From NCBI RefSeq assembly GCF_009914755.1, contig NC_060927.1: DNA of 64,000 nucleotides. One strand, given 5' to 3'. The number at the start of each line of letters is the position of its first letter. Position 1 is the first letter of the stretch. The notes under the pieces were generated by a model. That model ran no database searches and was not told the DNA's origin. It saw only the letters and a program-made list of their open reading frames with translations. The DNA comes from the human T2T-CHM13v2.0 reference genome, Homo sapiens. A program made the translations under genes and the position numbers. Of this stretch, positions 45,198 through 59,525 are shown in pieces.

Positions 45198-46814
45198 GTA
45201 AGACATTCCATGCCATGGCAAATACTAAAACAGTCCTAATTTAACAAAAAGTCAATTCATTGCACTTTCTTATATGTGCTATGTCTATATGCCATCGCAT
45301 AAAATATTTGCCAGCTAGAAATATTGTTCATTGGCAATATTAGATAAAGCCATATATAAAATAATTCAATAAGGATATATTATTGAAATTCTCTAGTTAA
45401 TATCTCATTTGTCTTTAAATTTGATGGAAAAGTAATCACCTTTCAGAAGTCACCTTGAAGAAAATAATTGTTATTTCTCAGAAGCATAAAATACAATTAT
45501 AAAATTTACCCTACAGTTTACAACTAGGCAAGGTGCAATATTTATGAAGATTAACTAATTTCTTTCTCTAGTTGACTTTGTCTCAACTTGAATCTTAGCA
45601 AAGCTGATCCTCAATTTTTATCGAAAATCAATGAAATTACTGAGAAGTCAACAAATCAAAACAATAAATTTTCCCCTTCCAATTTTTTGGGGTATTTACC
45701 TATATTTAGGTTATATCTTCATAGTCAAAATGTTTATGTTCTACCTAAGTCAAAACAGTCACTATCTATTTATTCGTATTTTTTAGTACATTAACTGATT
45801 AATTCAGAGTAAAATGTACCTTTAATATGGAGAAATACCTTAAATCTATACAGATGCTATCAGTAGAGGTTTTGTGGTCATTTAGTTGCCCAGAATGATT
45901 TTAACTAGGAAGAAGTATCAGCTACATTACTTCAAACTGGTTTGACCAGTTCTTCCTGTGGCCTGGATGGCTAATTAGGAAACGAGATGAATAAGAAATT
46001 AATGTAAAGCTTTTCAGGCTGATTTTCCTACCCAGCAAGTTAAACCACAGCTTTGCCTGTTATCTGCCTTTGTGATCTCTTCAAGGTTATATAATACTGT
46101 ACCTCTCACTTCCTAAGAAGAAGCCCTGAGAGACTGGAAAAAGCTCAGAGCTCATTTCTGAGAGTAACCTGGTTCTGTTCCTGGTTTTGTCACTTATTGG
46201 CCAAGTCATTCATGCAAGTGATTTAGTGTTTGCTTATCATATTATATGCACAATAGCAACTGCTTAAAGAAAACTTCATGCAAAAGGCACATGCTGTTAT
46301 CTAGATAGTGGGGTGCCCTTAAAGTCTTTTCTTAAAAAAACAGGGCAGTAATGTTATACAGACCACTAAAGGAAGCAAGTAGTTTCTGGTCTACAGACTT
46401 CTACTGTGATCTACAGTTAGTCCTTCGTTTCTCTAAGTTTTACCTTGGGAAGTTTTTCTTTTTAATTCACAGGTCTTCTTTCTGAGTTTCCTTTTTCATA
46501 TCTCTGGAAGTCTCAAGCTGCTTTCAAAATGTTTATTGGCTCCTGACCTTATCCCAAGAATCTTAAGTCCTTTTCAACGTGACATTGTATTAAAACTTTT
46601 CTTTTGCATCCATTAACTAAGTAAAATTTTAAAAATAATTGGTCATAATTTGTCCATGTATTTTTATGTCACATAGTTTTTAAAAATATCATATTTGTAT
46701 TCATGTCTATAAAGAGTTGTACATCAGGCTATTGTTAAGAACACTACCCACATGATAACATGGTCTGTAAGAGATGAGTCAGAAGCTACTTAAAATAGTT
46801 GAGAATACAGAGGT

Positions 46815-47267
46815 CATGGCAGGCTGAATAATGGCCCCTCAAGATGCCCATGTCCTAATTCCTGGAATATGAATACATTACCTTACACAGCAAAAGGGAC
46901 TTTGCAGATGTGATCAATTTAAGCATCGTGAAATGGGGAGATTTTCCTAGATTATTTGAGTAGGCCCAATGTGATTATGAAAGTTTTTATAAGGAGATCA
47001 GAGAAGAGAGAAGCTAAGCTGCTGGCTTCGAAGATGGAGAAAGATGTCACAAGCTAAGGAATGTAGGTGGCTTCTAGACACTGGAAAAAGCAAGAAAATC
47101 TATTCTCCCCTCAAGCCTCCAGAAGGAACATAGTCCTCCCCAATAACCTGATTTACATTTCTGACCTTCAGCATCATGAGATAATACATTTATATTGTTT
47201 AAAGACACTAAATTGTAAATGCATATTAGTGGTAATTTACTGCAGCAGCCATAGGACACTGACACAG
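46815..47267 (+). mobile_element. MaLR LTR (MLT1C/D-like)
   Basis: ggcaggctgaataatggcccc..aaagggactttgcagatgtgat..gcagccataggacactgacaca. Confidence 0.8.
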
Positions 47268-47280
47268 AAATGTTTATAAG

Positions 47281-47371
47281 AAATCACCACTAAAGAAATT
47301 ATTCATGCAACCAAACACCATCTGTTCCCCAAAAACCTATTGAAATAAAAAACAAAATAATAAAAAAAAAA
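47281..47371 (+). mobile_element. Extreme 3' end of an L1 (L1PB/L1MA type) with A tail
   Basis: aaatcaccactaaagaa..tattcatg..accaaacacca.ctgttccccaaaaacctattgaaataaa. Confidence 0.85.
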
Positions 47372-47605
47372 TATTGCCACTAAACATGGGAATTTCTGCA
47401 GGTGTATATCTGATAATATGCCAAAATATTATCATAATTATAATTCATTCTGCTTTTTGATAGAACATCACTATACTTCGTGTATATTCTGTAGAGTTTT
47501 GCTTAATCTGAACCTGCTGAAAAAATGTCGTCATTTGATTAATAAATTTTCTCTAATGTTGAAAGAATAAAAATAATTTAAGAAGACCCAAAAAAATGTT
47601 TATAA

Positions 47606-48059
<454 letters not shown>

Positions 48060-48064
48060 CATCT

Positions 48065-48380
48065 CTATGTGTACTTTTACACTCTATCTAGTGTTTTGGA
48101 TGTCAGTGAAGTAGTGATCTCCTCAGAGAGAATATCTGGAACTAAACACCTCCATCCCACCCCTGCCAGTCTAAATTGGGGTCCCTGATACTATTTTCCT
48201 CACAGCAGCCTGCACCTTTGTCACTTGTTTAAATTAGCTATTAATTTGAATGATTATTTAATCGTGTTTCTTTTCACTATTACAAGTTTCAAGGTACAAG
48301 AATCATGCCTGGTTTTGCTCACTGTTGTGAACCTGGCACACAGTAGGTATTCAGAGAATATTTCTTGGCTGAATGAAAAG
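48065..48380 (-). mobile_element. L2 remnant
   Basis: cctggcacacagtaggtattca..atttcttggctgaatgaa 3'-end motif. Confidence 0.55.
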
Positions 48381-51111
48381 ATTCAGAATTCTTCATTTCT
48401 TGTAAGATTGACTGAAACTGTGTACTACAATGTAGTCCATCTAGAAGCATGAGACAATAAACTAACAAGAGTGATTGTTTTTGTTACTTACCATCTCTTG
48501 CAGAGAACATGAAGCCATCAGGCTTTGATCTCCTCTGAAGTCTCAAAGTCATTAGTATTTAGTTGGGTAATAATTGATGGACAATTTTCATGATGACTAT
48601 CTAATATAAGAAATACTGTATTCTCAAAAATTATTTTTGGGTAACATTCAGAATGTTTTTTCTTGCTTTTATGTCTTTATTTTCATTTTCATTTTATTGC
48701 TTTGCAAAACAAATTGTAAATTCCTTCAGTAAGGTTTGAAAATCCACTTGAGAACTGACTGTAATAACCCTAAGAGGTCAAATTGCTCAAGAGTAAATTA
48801 TTCCTATATTCTACAACTTTGATTCCTCTATATTTCAACTCAAAGCTAAAGATGTGCCTGGGCTCCTTTTGGTATGGAGAAGTGATTAACATGTGTGACT
48901 AGTTTCATAAAGCCCCAGACATTGGGAATTAATGAGAATATGGATAAATTTTATTTACATGTGTTTCTGAAACTTTACATCAAATAATTTCAATGTTCGT
49001 TTTTAAGAAATAATTTTCTCTGAATAGCAGATACATGTAAAGATGTTCTTCAAATGTTAAACAATTTTTCTCAATAATTTTGCTGATGTTTTCTATGTTG
49101 CTTGTCCAGCACCTTTGTTGAACAGTTGATTCTGATTTTTAATTATAAAGGTTTTCATGGAAAGGAAATAAATTTTGCTGAGGCACTATGAGATTCCTAT
49201 ACGTTACTATTTCAACTGTGTTACTCCTCATAAAAATCTGTAAGATAGATTCTATTAATCTCACTTTATAGAATAGAAAACTGAGGGTCTTAGAGCTCAA
49301 ATAACTTTAATACCAGAGATCAGGTCAATGGCAGTGTTGGGCCTGCCTAACCCAAAGTTCCTGTAATTTCCTTTGGACCACACTATCTTTACTGGATACT
49401 TTCAGACCAGCACAATTTACATGACATCCCTCTCTCTCTCAAAGCACACCAGCCCAAACGTCCCTTCCTTCAAAGCCCTATGCCACTGGGCTCCATACCT
49501 CAAGTTGGGGAATGGCTAAATAGATTGGAATACTAGCATTTATTACACAAACCCTATTGTGTTCAGCACAGCCACTTTCACTTTTCAGTATAATTAGTCT
49601 CCTCAGAGCTCAGTGTTTTGTGGGCATATTTGCTATGGGAAGATCAAGTTTTATGCTCATGTATCCTGTGGCAAAAACAGATCTTCCCAATGATGGGATG
49701 AATTTGTAATAACTTTAGCTCTTGGTTTCTAAAGCTTTCAGAAGCCTCTAATGAAACATATTTCTATTTTTTTAATTATTGTTTACTGGCCTTTCATGTT
49801 AGAAACCTCCCATGAGGTAGTTCCTTTCATCAAGTCACAGTGGAATGTAGCTGATGCCCTCATGTGTTTAATGACAATGAGACAGAGGAAGTAAGAACAT
49901 CACGTGCATCCACTCCCAGCTACCTCGGAAATAGCATGGTCAGTTCTCTTGTTAGCCACTTATCAACCAAACTTTCCAGACAGTAAAGCCACGTGGTGTA
50001 CTTTTTGGTGTATCTGGCAAGTTCAGGATGAATACTTTATTGATAAATATTTGAACAATTAGTGACTCTTAGATAAAAAGATGTCTAGACTTAACAGCAG
50101 ACTATAAAAATAACTGTTCAGATACTGAGTCAGAGTCCACCTAATGCTCTTATATTTGTGCATGTTCCAATCAAGTATTGGAGAAAAAAAGAGAATTTTT
50201 TTTTCCTTAATCACCCTGTGTTTCATCTATCACTTTGTTTTTAATGCTAAGCAAGCAACCGATGGAGTTTCTACACCACTGTTACTTTTACTTAAAGCTG
50301 TGAGATTAAATATCATTAAGGATAGTGGATGCTAAGAATACAAGAGACACCATAGGCATACAAGATCAGTAAACAAAAACATGGATGCAGTGAACAAAAC
50401 AATAACGTTAATTCTTTCATGTACTCCTGATGCTAAGCGCCAAGGTAATAAGATGGTTGGTCTAATGATTATTATTCAATTTTAGGTCTGTGGGACCTAA
50501 ATACCAACTTGGCTGATTTGTTTCACTGATTTTGTTTGAATTCTCATGAAGACACAACCATGAAACTCAAAATGTCTACTTAACTTCATTTTATTGCTGA
50601 AAAATACCCAGAAACCCTTTTTTTTTGTCATGACGTTATTTAAAAACTGGAGGGAAGCTTTCATTGCACAGTCTGTAAAAAGAAAACAGCAGAACCCAGC
50701 AGAGTGGCTGACAGGTGACACAAATACAATGCATGCTAATGTGCAAAGAGAAACAACCTTGCGAGTTTAAACTGGCTGCACTAGAAAAAAAAAAACTTTA
50801 TCCAGATATGTGGTCCCTCATGAATTATACTATTATTTTAGTTGATTTTACCTGACATTACCGTATGATTTTTTTCTGTGACAAGAAAATTGCAACCGGC
50901 CCTTGACGGTCGGTCACAAATTGACTGAACAAAACAAAATCAAACAGTGAAGTAATCCCCAAATAAATTTAATGAAACCTAAATCCCAAAGGGCAGCACA
51001 CTTCTGTAGGCAATGGTCTTATTTAATAAATTTTTCTCTGCTTTCACTTTTAGAGCTATATTTACGCAGACAAATTTAATTCATTGGGCTTACATTTCCT
51101 CTTCCCCTTAG

Positions 51112-51243
51112 TTTGTCCACCAGGCACATATAGAAAGGACTGTAACCAGGTATGTCAGTGTTCAGCCAAGAATGAGGACTGTCACCCAGTCACAGGGAGA
51201 TGCACCTGTCTGCCTGGCTACCATGTAAACCACTGTCTTCTCC
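51112..51243 (+). pseudogene. EGF-repeat exon remnant (132 bp), xCPPGTYRKDCNQVCQCSAKNEDCHPVTGRCTCLPGYHVNHCLL
   Basis: Polypyrimidine tract plus AG at 51110-51111, open frame, all 8 Cys kept. The expected donor reads c|atgtgt (GT>AT). Confidence 0.93.
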
Positions 51244-53957
51244 ATGTGTGTGTTCTGTGCTCAGCTATAATTTATTGAGGAGGCACTGGTAGGGTGGGTC
51301 ATCACTCAGAATACCAAAGGGCAAATGTTAATTCAAGCTTCTAATTCACAGCAAATTCTGTTAGAATTTATATTTGAATAATTGAAAACATATACTTTTT
51401 TTGTAACTCATTCTTCTATTTTGCCTTTTCTATTCAAAATATCCCCAAGTTCTTCACAAATATCCAACATGAAAAGAGATAAAAAAGAGAAAGAAAAAAT
51501 GAGAAAACATAGACTTATTATTATAAATCAACATACAACAAACTACTATATATTTCAAGTAATTCGCAAAGTAAGTTAATTCCAGGGTCTGCTTAGGAAC
51601 AATTAAATTAAGCAAATTGTTATTCTGGAATGAAAATGATGACTAGCTTAAATGACCAAATGCCAGTTGGCTCCTTATTGTGTAATAAAAAAGAATAGTC
51701 CCTAGACCAAACACCTTACATTGATTTTTTAAAGGATATTTTAACATTGAAAATGGTTATAGAAGAATGCACAAAAAAAGTCCCAAGGAGCTTGTTAAAA
51801 TGTTCAGCCAGCTACTTATTTTTTAAGCTTGTAATTATTTATAATGTACTTTTTATAGATTTAATTTTTCCCCCAACTTGGCAACTGCTGCTCTCTTTCC
51901 TCCCTAGTCATTCCTATAGCAGATTCCTTTTACTTTCCTAATTCTACAAGGATATGAATAATTTGGGGATTTTTCTCCTCGAACCAAAAATATAGACTCC
52001 TGGTCAAGCTATTGATTTTAGTTTTTTATAAGCCGTTGAATATATATTTTGAATATTACTTCCCTATTTTTTCCTAATGTTAAACATTACCAGCTAAAAA
52101 CACAATTAAACATGTATGAAAATGGTTTCAATTACTGATTGCTTGGGATCTATAACCACTGAAGTTATTCAAACTTAAAATGAAGAACTAAAATATAAAA
52201 TTAATCAATTTCTGTTCGTTTTTGGTTATGGCAAATTTCAAGCATCCTTGTATTGCAAGAAGGAAAGTTATTTCCTACATTTGATTCAAATGTCTCAGAA
52301 AGAATTTCTTCTTTATATCAAGGATGTTTTGTCTTAATAAAATAATATCAAGTTACATGTAACTGGGTTGCACTTTTATTTCAGAAGGCAAGCTACCTTT
52401 AGTTGAAAGAGGTAGCTTTACCTCATAAAAAGTGAGGCTGGCTGAGTCAGGGAACTGCTCTCTGACTAGTCAAATTGGCTTATTTCCAGGCAACACGTGG
52501 TTGGATGTGGCTGCAAGGATTCCTTGGCAACATCCACTATAATTACAGGACTATGAAAAAAGATTCAAGAAAATATCCATAAAAGGTGTAGCTGGCTTAA
52601 AAACAAAACTTTCAGCAGCCAAGAACAACTGGGCTTTCATGTTCTCAACTTCAGAATGGAGAATCAAAATTTTCTCTCAGCAGAGGTCAGAGGAAGCAGA
52701 CAAACTTACAGTAGAATCTCATCACTTTTCATAATTCAGAGGATAGATGGGTCAGTCCTAACTTGTGGATAGCATGTAGGAAAAACAACAATTCCTGTTA
52801 GATGTAAACTCATAGTGCTATGTATTTTATGACCAATAAGAGGTTTTAAAGTGACCACAGACCCTGGAAACCTTTTATTTCTCCAACCCGTATGCAATAC
52901 ATGTTATTTACAGTCACTCTCTTTGAGGATATTTAAGGCATTAGAGTCCTCTATAACTATGGTCACTTCTTTTAACAGTATTCATAAGAACACCCCCACA
53001 CTTGGTATAGAATGCTTTGAGAAGCATGGGCCACACAGTAGTCACCAGTGCCAAGAGAAAGATATCAAGACACTCACAGAAGTTGAGTTTTAATGCTATT
53101 GCTCATAGCAATAAAAATTCAGACAGACCAAATGTCAGTATCTCCTTTTAAGAATAAAGCCAAACAGCATAACAATGGCTGGTGTATCTGAGTAACCTGA
53201 TCAAATACTAAGAAAACAGACTCTGTGGAAAACAGATTCATGCTTTTCATTTCTTGAGAGCTACGTGTGTCAGGATGCAGTCATAGCCTTGTTTAAGTTT
53301 CTAATGATAGTACCAAAGGCCGCTCACATAATAATAGTATACAGTAGCAGAGGGGCTTGGCATTTAACCTTTAATATTTAAATAAATCAGAACTGTAAAT
53401 TCCCATCCAAGCTTCTTCTTGGAATGAGAATTCAAGAGAAGGGGATGTGCAAGGATGGGAAAAGATAGTCACCTTATAATGGAAAATAACTAAACACAAC
53501 TTGCCAGAAATACAAAATTTCCAGGGAGAAATAATTGTAAAGGATAGAGGAAAGGCCAAGTAAAGATCAAAATGGATTTAGGAAATGAGGGAAGGGACGA
53601 GCCAAATAAAATCATTGTGTCCTGGGTGTGCGTTTTCTTGTTAAATTTAGCGAACATTTGAGCAAGTGCTGTGTGCATGATTCCAGAATCCAAACTTCAC
53701 TTAGCACAGAATTGGATAGGGAAGTGAAATTGTCAATAAAATAATTTACTCTTGGAAAAAAAATGTCATTGGCACATCTATAAACACATATCATACTCTT
53801 GATACAAATTTAATGAGTTTTGGGACTAAGAGGTTAGCACAGATACTGTTTTTCAAACAGATGGCTCACTCATTAGTAGGTTAATTTCATCAAGTTCAGT
53901 TTCCCAATTTCAAAAGTATAATTAAGTTGAAGGCTAAAAATCAGATGATGTTCAAGT

Positions 53958-54482
53958 ATATACACATATATATACATATATATACACACACACACATATA
54001 TATACATATATATACACACACACATATATACATATATACACACACACATATATATACATATATACACACACACATATATATACATATATATACACACACA
54101 TATATACATATATACACACACACATATATACATATATACACACACACATATATATACATATATATACACACACACATATATATACATATACACACACACA
54201 TATATACATATATACACACACACATATATATACATATATATACACACACACATATATACATATATACACACACACATATATACATATATATACACACACA
54301 TATATATACATATATACACACACATATATATACATATATATACACACACACATACATATACATATATACACACACGTATATATACATATATATATACACA
54401 CACGTATATATACATATATATACACACACACATATATATATACATATATACACACACACACGTATATATACATATATATATG
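53958..54482. repeat. ~520-bp (TA)n(CA)n minisatellite, unit ~22-28 bp
   Basis: About 20 copies of TATATACACACACACATATATACATA-type units. Confidence 0.95.
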
Positions 54483-56084
54483 AAGAAAGAACAACAAAGG
54501 GTGATTCTATCAAATATAAAACCATCATTAAGAAAGTTTGGAAAATAGGTTCATATCAGAGGAAAATTATGTTTTCTAAGTAACTGATTCACATGAAAAT
54601 TATCTCAAAATCTAGACCTTCACCTATATCAGTTATTTAAATTCCTCAATTACACAAGCTGTTTTTTCCTTTCAACTGAGATACTGATTCTTTGATACTT
54701 GTAATTATATCTACAGCGTAACATTTCCCTCCATTACAACACAAGTTTCACTCTTTGTTGTGTTGCTCCTTTCCTTACTTGCATAGAAATTCATGTTATC
54801 TTTCCTTTCACAGTAATATCACTGCAGAGTTTTCTATACCAGCCAACTCTTACTAATTTTACCTCCTTTTTTGAAAGCAACATGCCAGCAGTGCACATCA
54901 GACCTTAAAGTTTCAATTGCCATATTTTCAGCTTGTTTCATGCATTTTTCTCTAATCTCAAGCAACCAAATGTTCTTTTTCAGCATCACATTTATTTTAC
55001 TATATTAGTAACTTAATAAAAACTGTAAATACTTACATTCTCAAAACTGACCCAAATGGATGTGAAAGAAGCATTTTATATATTGGTGAATGGTAGAAGA
55101 GAAGGTGATGGAGACTTTTTTAAAAAATCACTAATTTTGTTTTTAGGTACACTCACTGACTTTGTTTTTAGTACACTCAAATTGTTATAAGTGAGAGAGA
55201 AAAAGAACTACTTGGGAGGACTAAAAAAAATGCTGTGCACAAAAAAAAAAGGGCAATTAGCTATGAAAACTGACATCCCTTGATGGGAGGAAATGACAGG
55301 AGAGAATATGAAGTAAACCCATTGTTTTTCACAGAAAGCAATAAAGAAATACAACAGCTGTACAGATGAATAACCTTTGGTATGAACAGTTTTAAAGTGT
55401 TTGCTTCCCATCTCCATAATGGAGAATTTCATTTTTAACTGGAATGAAAAGGGAGGAAAGAAGCAGCCACTCTTTGAGTCTATAAGCAAATCTGAGACTC
55501 AAGATGCGAATTTTGAATTTGGAGATAGGATATACATGGGGATTGTAAAATTTTGAATCTCAACAAAAACCATTCCTTGGCCATTATTTATCTCTTACAC
55601 AGTATCATCACAGTAGGCTGTACCTCCCTGGATATGAAAGTAAAAAATTGAAAAACTGACATAAAATGAAGAGGCATCCTCTATATCTGGTTTCTTTTTG
55701 AATTCTTACATGTATTAAACCCAGATAATTCCAGACAAGACAAGCTATAGCACTTAAATATTTAAAATAATGAACTTTTCTAGGTTGAAATTAGATAGCC
55801 TTGTTCAGTGAATTGTCTCCTAAGCACTTTTAAAAAGTAGGTAGATTCCCAAGGAAGCACAAAGTTAAGTCATACCTTATTAATGGGCAGCATCAAATAC
55901 TAACAATTATCTGTATCGTCTCATATCCTCAGATAACTCCATGCCTTGAATCAACAGCTTGAAAGTGATTGAAAATACCAGTAGAAATTGGAATGTTGAG
56001 TTAACCACATGTCTACTGGTGTGAATTTAAACATTGGTTGCTGTAAGTTACAATACCACATATGGTTTTGTTCTCCTTTAACAG

Positions 56085-56212
56085 GATACCCGAAAGGCAC
56101 GTATAGTCCATATTGCCAAAAGATGTGTAAGTGACTAACTGTGGCATCTGTGACGCCATGATTGGCACCTGTATCTTCTCTCCTGGCTTCACTGGGGCTG
56201 ACTGAAGTCAAA
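56085..56212 (+). pseudogene. Disrupted EGF-repeat exon (128 bp), xYPKGTYSPYCQKMCK*L-fs-CGICDAMIGTCIFSPGFTGAD*SQ
   Basis: AG at 56083-56084, TGA at two Cys positions (56132, 56203), a 1-bp deletion (128 = 129-1), and a donor reading ttaagt instead of gtaagt. Confidence 0.9.
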
Positions 56213-57152
56213 TTAAGTTATTCTTACCTTTTATGGAGTGGATATGCTGATCATTCCAAGGCCCAATACTGTTAGCAAAAGTACTAAAGCTGAGAGCTGG
56301 CATTTTTAAGAACTGTAATTAAAGAGTAAATGTTGTTGCAATTATTTTACTTCCTAATTTACAGTACTAACAGCAAACACAAACTGACCTAAACTCTAGG
56401 TTGAAGAATATTTATGTAGGAGTTTGGTTGAGAGCTACAGTCAGTGAAAGTAGCCAAAGAGATCTTTTTGGTGATAACCCCCCTTGCCCCAGGAACGCTA
56501 GACTCAAGTCAGTATTAGAAATTATGTTTGCCAAGATCAGAGCAGACTTAAGATTCCTGTGTTCACAATGTCAAACTCATTGTCTAAAGTTCCACAATTT
56601 CATTTATGCTCAGCAATTTCCTAGCTCAAAAGTAAGTGGTTTCCCTGCTCATCAAAAAGTAAACAGTTTCCTGAAAGCCAAAGACCTTAAATTAACTACT
56701 TATCACAAAAACAACTATTGACATAAAGTTTAAGGCACTGGATTGAAGAGCCCTTACAAATGCACAGGCTTAGACACTCTGAGGATATGACTACCAAGTA
56801 TATTTTGTTTTTGTTTTTTTTTTCAGATCTGCCATTTTAAAAATATTTATATAGTTTTGCTTAACCCAAATAACTCAACCCATAGTCATACACTCTGACT
56901 CCTCTGACCCTTCAGGTGACAGTCAGAATGAAACACTCACATATGAAGCCACGATTATGATAATTTCTAGGGAGGATAAAAGAGGCAATGAGCAGGAGAG
57001 TGCATTGTGGGGAAGTCAGTTCTGGCAATACTGTATTTTTGACATGGGTGTTACGAATGAGGATGTTCACTTTGTCATCATCCATTGAACTGCACATTTG
57101 TGTTTTTGTGCTTTATTCTGTAATCTTATTAATTAAAAAAGTACCTCCAATA

Positions 57153-57464
<312 letters not shown>

Positions 57465-58359
57465 TTAAAATAAAGATGGAAGTACTGCCTTAACACACAC
57501 CTCAACATAAGTAAACTAGATTGTGAAATACCTTCATTTGAGATTCCTTCATTTGGATGAAGGATAGCTAAATTTGTCACTAGACAGGGTACTACACTGT
57601 TATGTGTTAAAGACACCCAAAATGCTTATGTTTCCTGGTCAGTCAGTTGCTTTGTCTGCTTTGGAGGAGGGTAATTTTTCTGTTAAAGTGCCCTGCAGGC
57701 CTCAGTGCTCTGCTGTATTGAGAATAAAAGACAAGACAAAACCTGGCTCCAGGTAGCAGACAACTGACACCTAGTGGATAGTGCCTCCTGAGGCCTCAAT
57801 TGGCAAGTTATCTTTCAATTAAGGCCAACCTATAAAGGCCAACCTATAAACAGTTCTTAAGCAAGGTTCTGTCTGGTTCCTTTGTATTTATTCTTCAAAG
57901 AGAGTAAGTGGAAGAAATGTCCTTCTGCCAAAGCATTTTCAAAGCTGTGGTTTCTCTGAACATTGCGGGTACTTTGGTCTTAAGAAAGTTGTGATCTTGT
58001 ACCTGAGCACTTTCCATTTGCTTTGACAGCTTAGTAGGGTAGAGCCAAATTTGCAACCCACCTCTTAAATGTTCCAAAAAATATGATATTTATTTTATAT
58101 TATTACCACATTTTCCCTTTATGTGATTCTCAACAGATATTTATTTTGTCTTTGTGTATTTATATATATTTTGGTAAGCATCTGAATGAATTTGTGGAAT
58201 GAAGTTGCAAAAAACCACCAAACAAATTAATAAATACAAATATATAAATGAATATTTGAAGATATGAGCATAATGAATCTTATATTTATATATAGGAACT
58301 TTAGCTAAAATTCTAGAATGGGCTTTAAGAGAACATACTCAAGAATATTATAAATATAT

Positions 58360-58565
58360 ATTTGTTGTATATATTATACATACATATATAACATAATATA
58401 TGTACACATAATATTCCTACATGTGTTATATAACATATATGTACACATGATATACCTACATATACTATATAACATAATATATGTAATATACATACACATG
58501 CATATGTGTGTAATATATACATATGCATACATATATAGAGAGACACACACACACGCACACACACT
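58360..58565. repeat. TA/CA-rich low-complexity repeat
   Basis: Repeated tataacata(a)tatatgta units, then (GA)(CA). Confidence 0.75.
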
Positions 58566-58937
58566 CTTACACTTGCTAAGACAGAGACACATGGCAAAGC
58601 AAAACAATCCAAATTGGGAACAGTTGAGGTCCTTAATTTGTAAGAGACATTTATATTATATGTAAGTTTTTGACACTAGATATTTAGTTGAAAATTCCTA
58701 ACGCCAACTAAAATGGCTCTATGTAAGCAACAATTTAAACAGTCCCTTGTTTTTCTTTGTTTATTTCTAAGTAACTTTTCACATTGAAAATCAAACTAAA
58801 AGCAAGTCAGTAAAACCTATTTGATTAAATGAAAATGTCATGTATTTCACAAGTTTTAAAAAATCTTGTCTGGCAAAATGTTTAATAAGAAAAATCTGGT
58901 TTTGTTTTGCTCTGTTTTATTTTGCTCTTACTTGCAG

Positions 58938-59063
58938 CTTGTCCTGAAGATCACTATGGGCAGAACTGTGTTCAATGGCGTTCCTGTGGCTCAGGACAGT
59001 GTGACCCAGTGACTGGAGTGTGTCAGTGTCCACCTGGCCGAATGGGAACCAGGTGTCAGGAAG
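58938..59063 (+). pseudogene. EGF-repeat exon remnant (126 bp), xCPEDHYGQNCVQWRSCGSGQCDPVTGVCQCPPGRMGTRCQE
   Basis: Intact ttgcag acceptor and g|gtaaca donor, open frame, 7 of 8 Cys (one TGT>CGT). Confidence 0.93.
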
Positions 59064-59220
59064 GTAACAATGGGCAGGGTCACCTTCTCTGTCCAAGCAC
59101 TAAATTAGCTATGCTGCGAAAGCAGATTTGGTGCCAACGAAGATAATTATATGGACAATATTTACAAGAATGTTTTCTGTTAGTGTGGCTTTCAAATAAC
59201 ATGAAAGTACATGCTCCCGA

Positions 59221-59525
59221 GCCGGGCGCGGTGACTCACGCCTGTAATCCCAGCACTTTGGGAGGCCGAGGAGGGCGGATCACGAGGTCAGGAGATCGAG
59301 ACCATCCTGGCTAAGACAGTGAAACCCCGCCTCTACTAAAAATATAAAAAATTATTGGGGCGTGGTGGCGGGTGCCAGTAGTCCCAACTACTCAGTAGGC
59401 TGAGGCAGGAGAATGGCGTGAACCCGGGAGACGGAGCTTGCAGTGAGCTGGGATCGCCCCACTGCACTGCAGCCTGGGCGACAGAGCAAGACTCAATCAC
59501 AAAAAAAAAAAAAAAAAAAAAAAAA
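59221..59525 (+). mobile_element. AluY
   Basis: CpG-rich Y-type Alu with long A tail, flanked by ACATGCTC. Confidence 0.95.

Noticed and set aside
45853-45965. C..RF..TGLTSSSC as an EGF exon
   Set aside because: The central Cys pattern is absent.
52390-52440. Two short inverted repeats (aagctacct/aggtagctt)
   Set aside because: Stems are too short for a pre-miRNA and are compatible with chance.
53873-54583. Four 180-218 aa ORFs, and the array as a possible CRISPR
   Set aside because: They translate a TA/CA minisatellite. There are no unique spacers and the context is eukaryotic.
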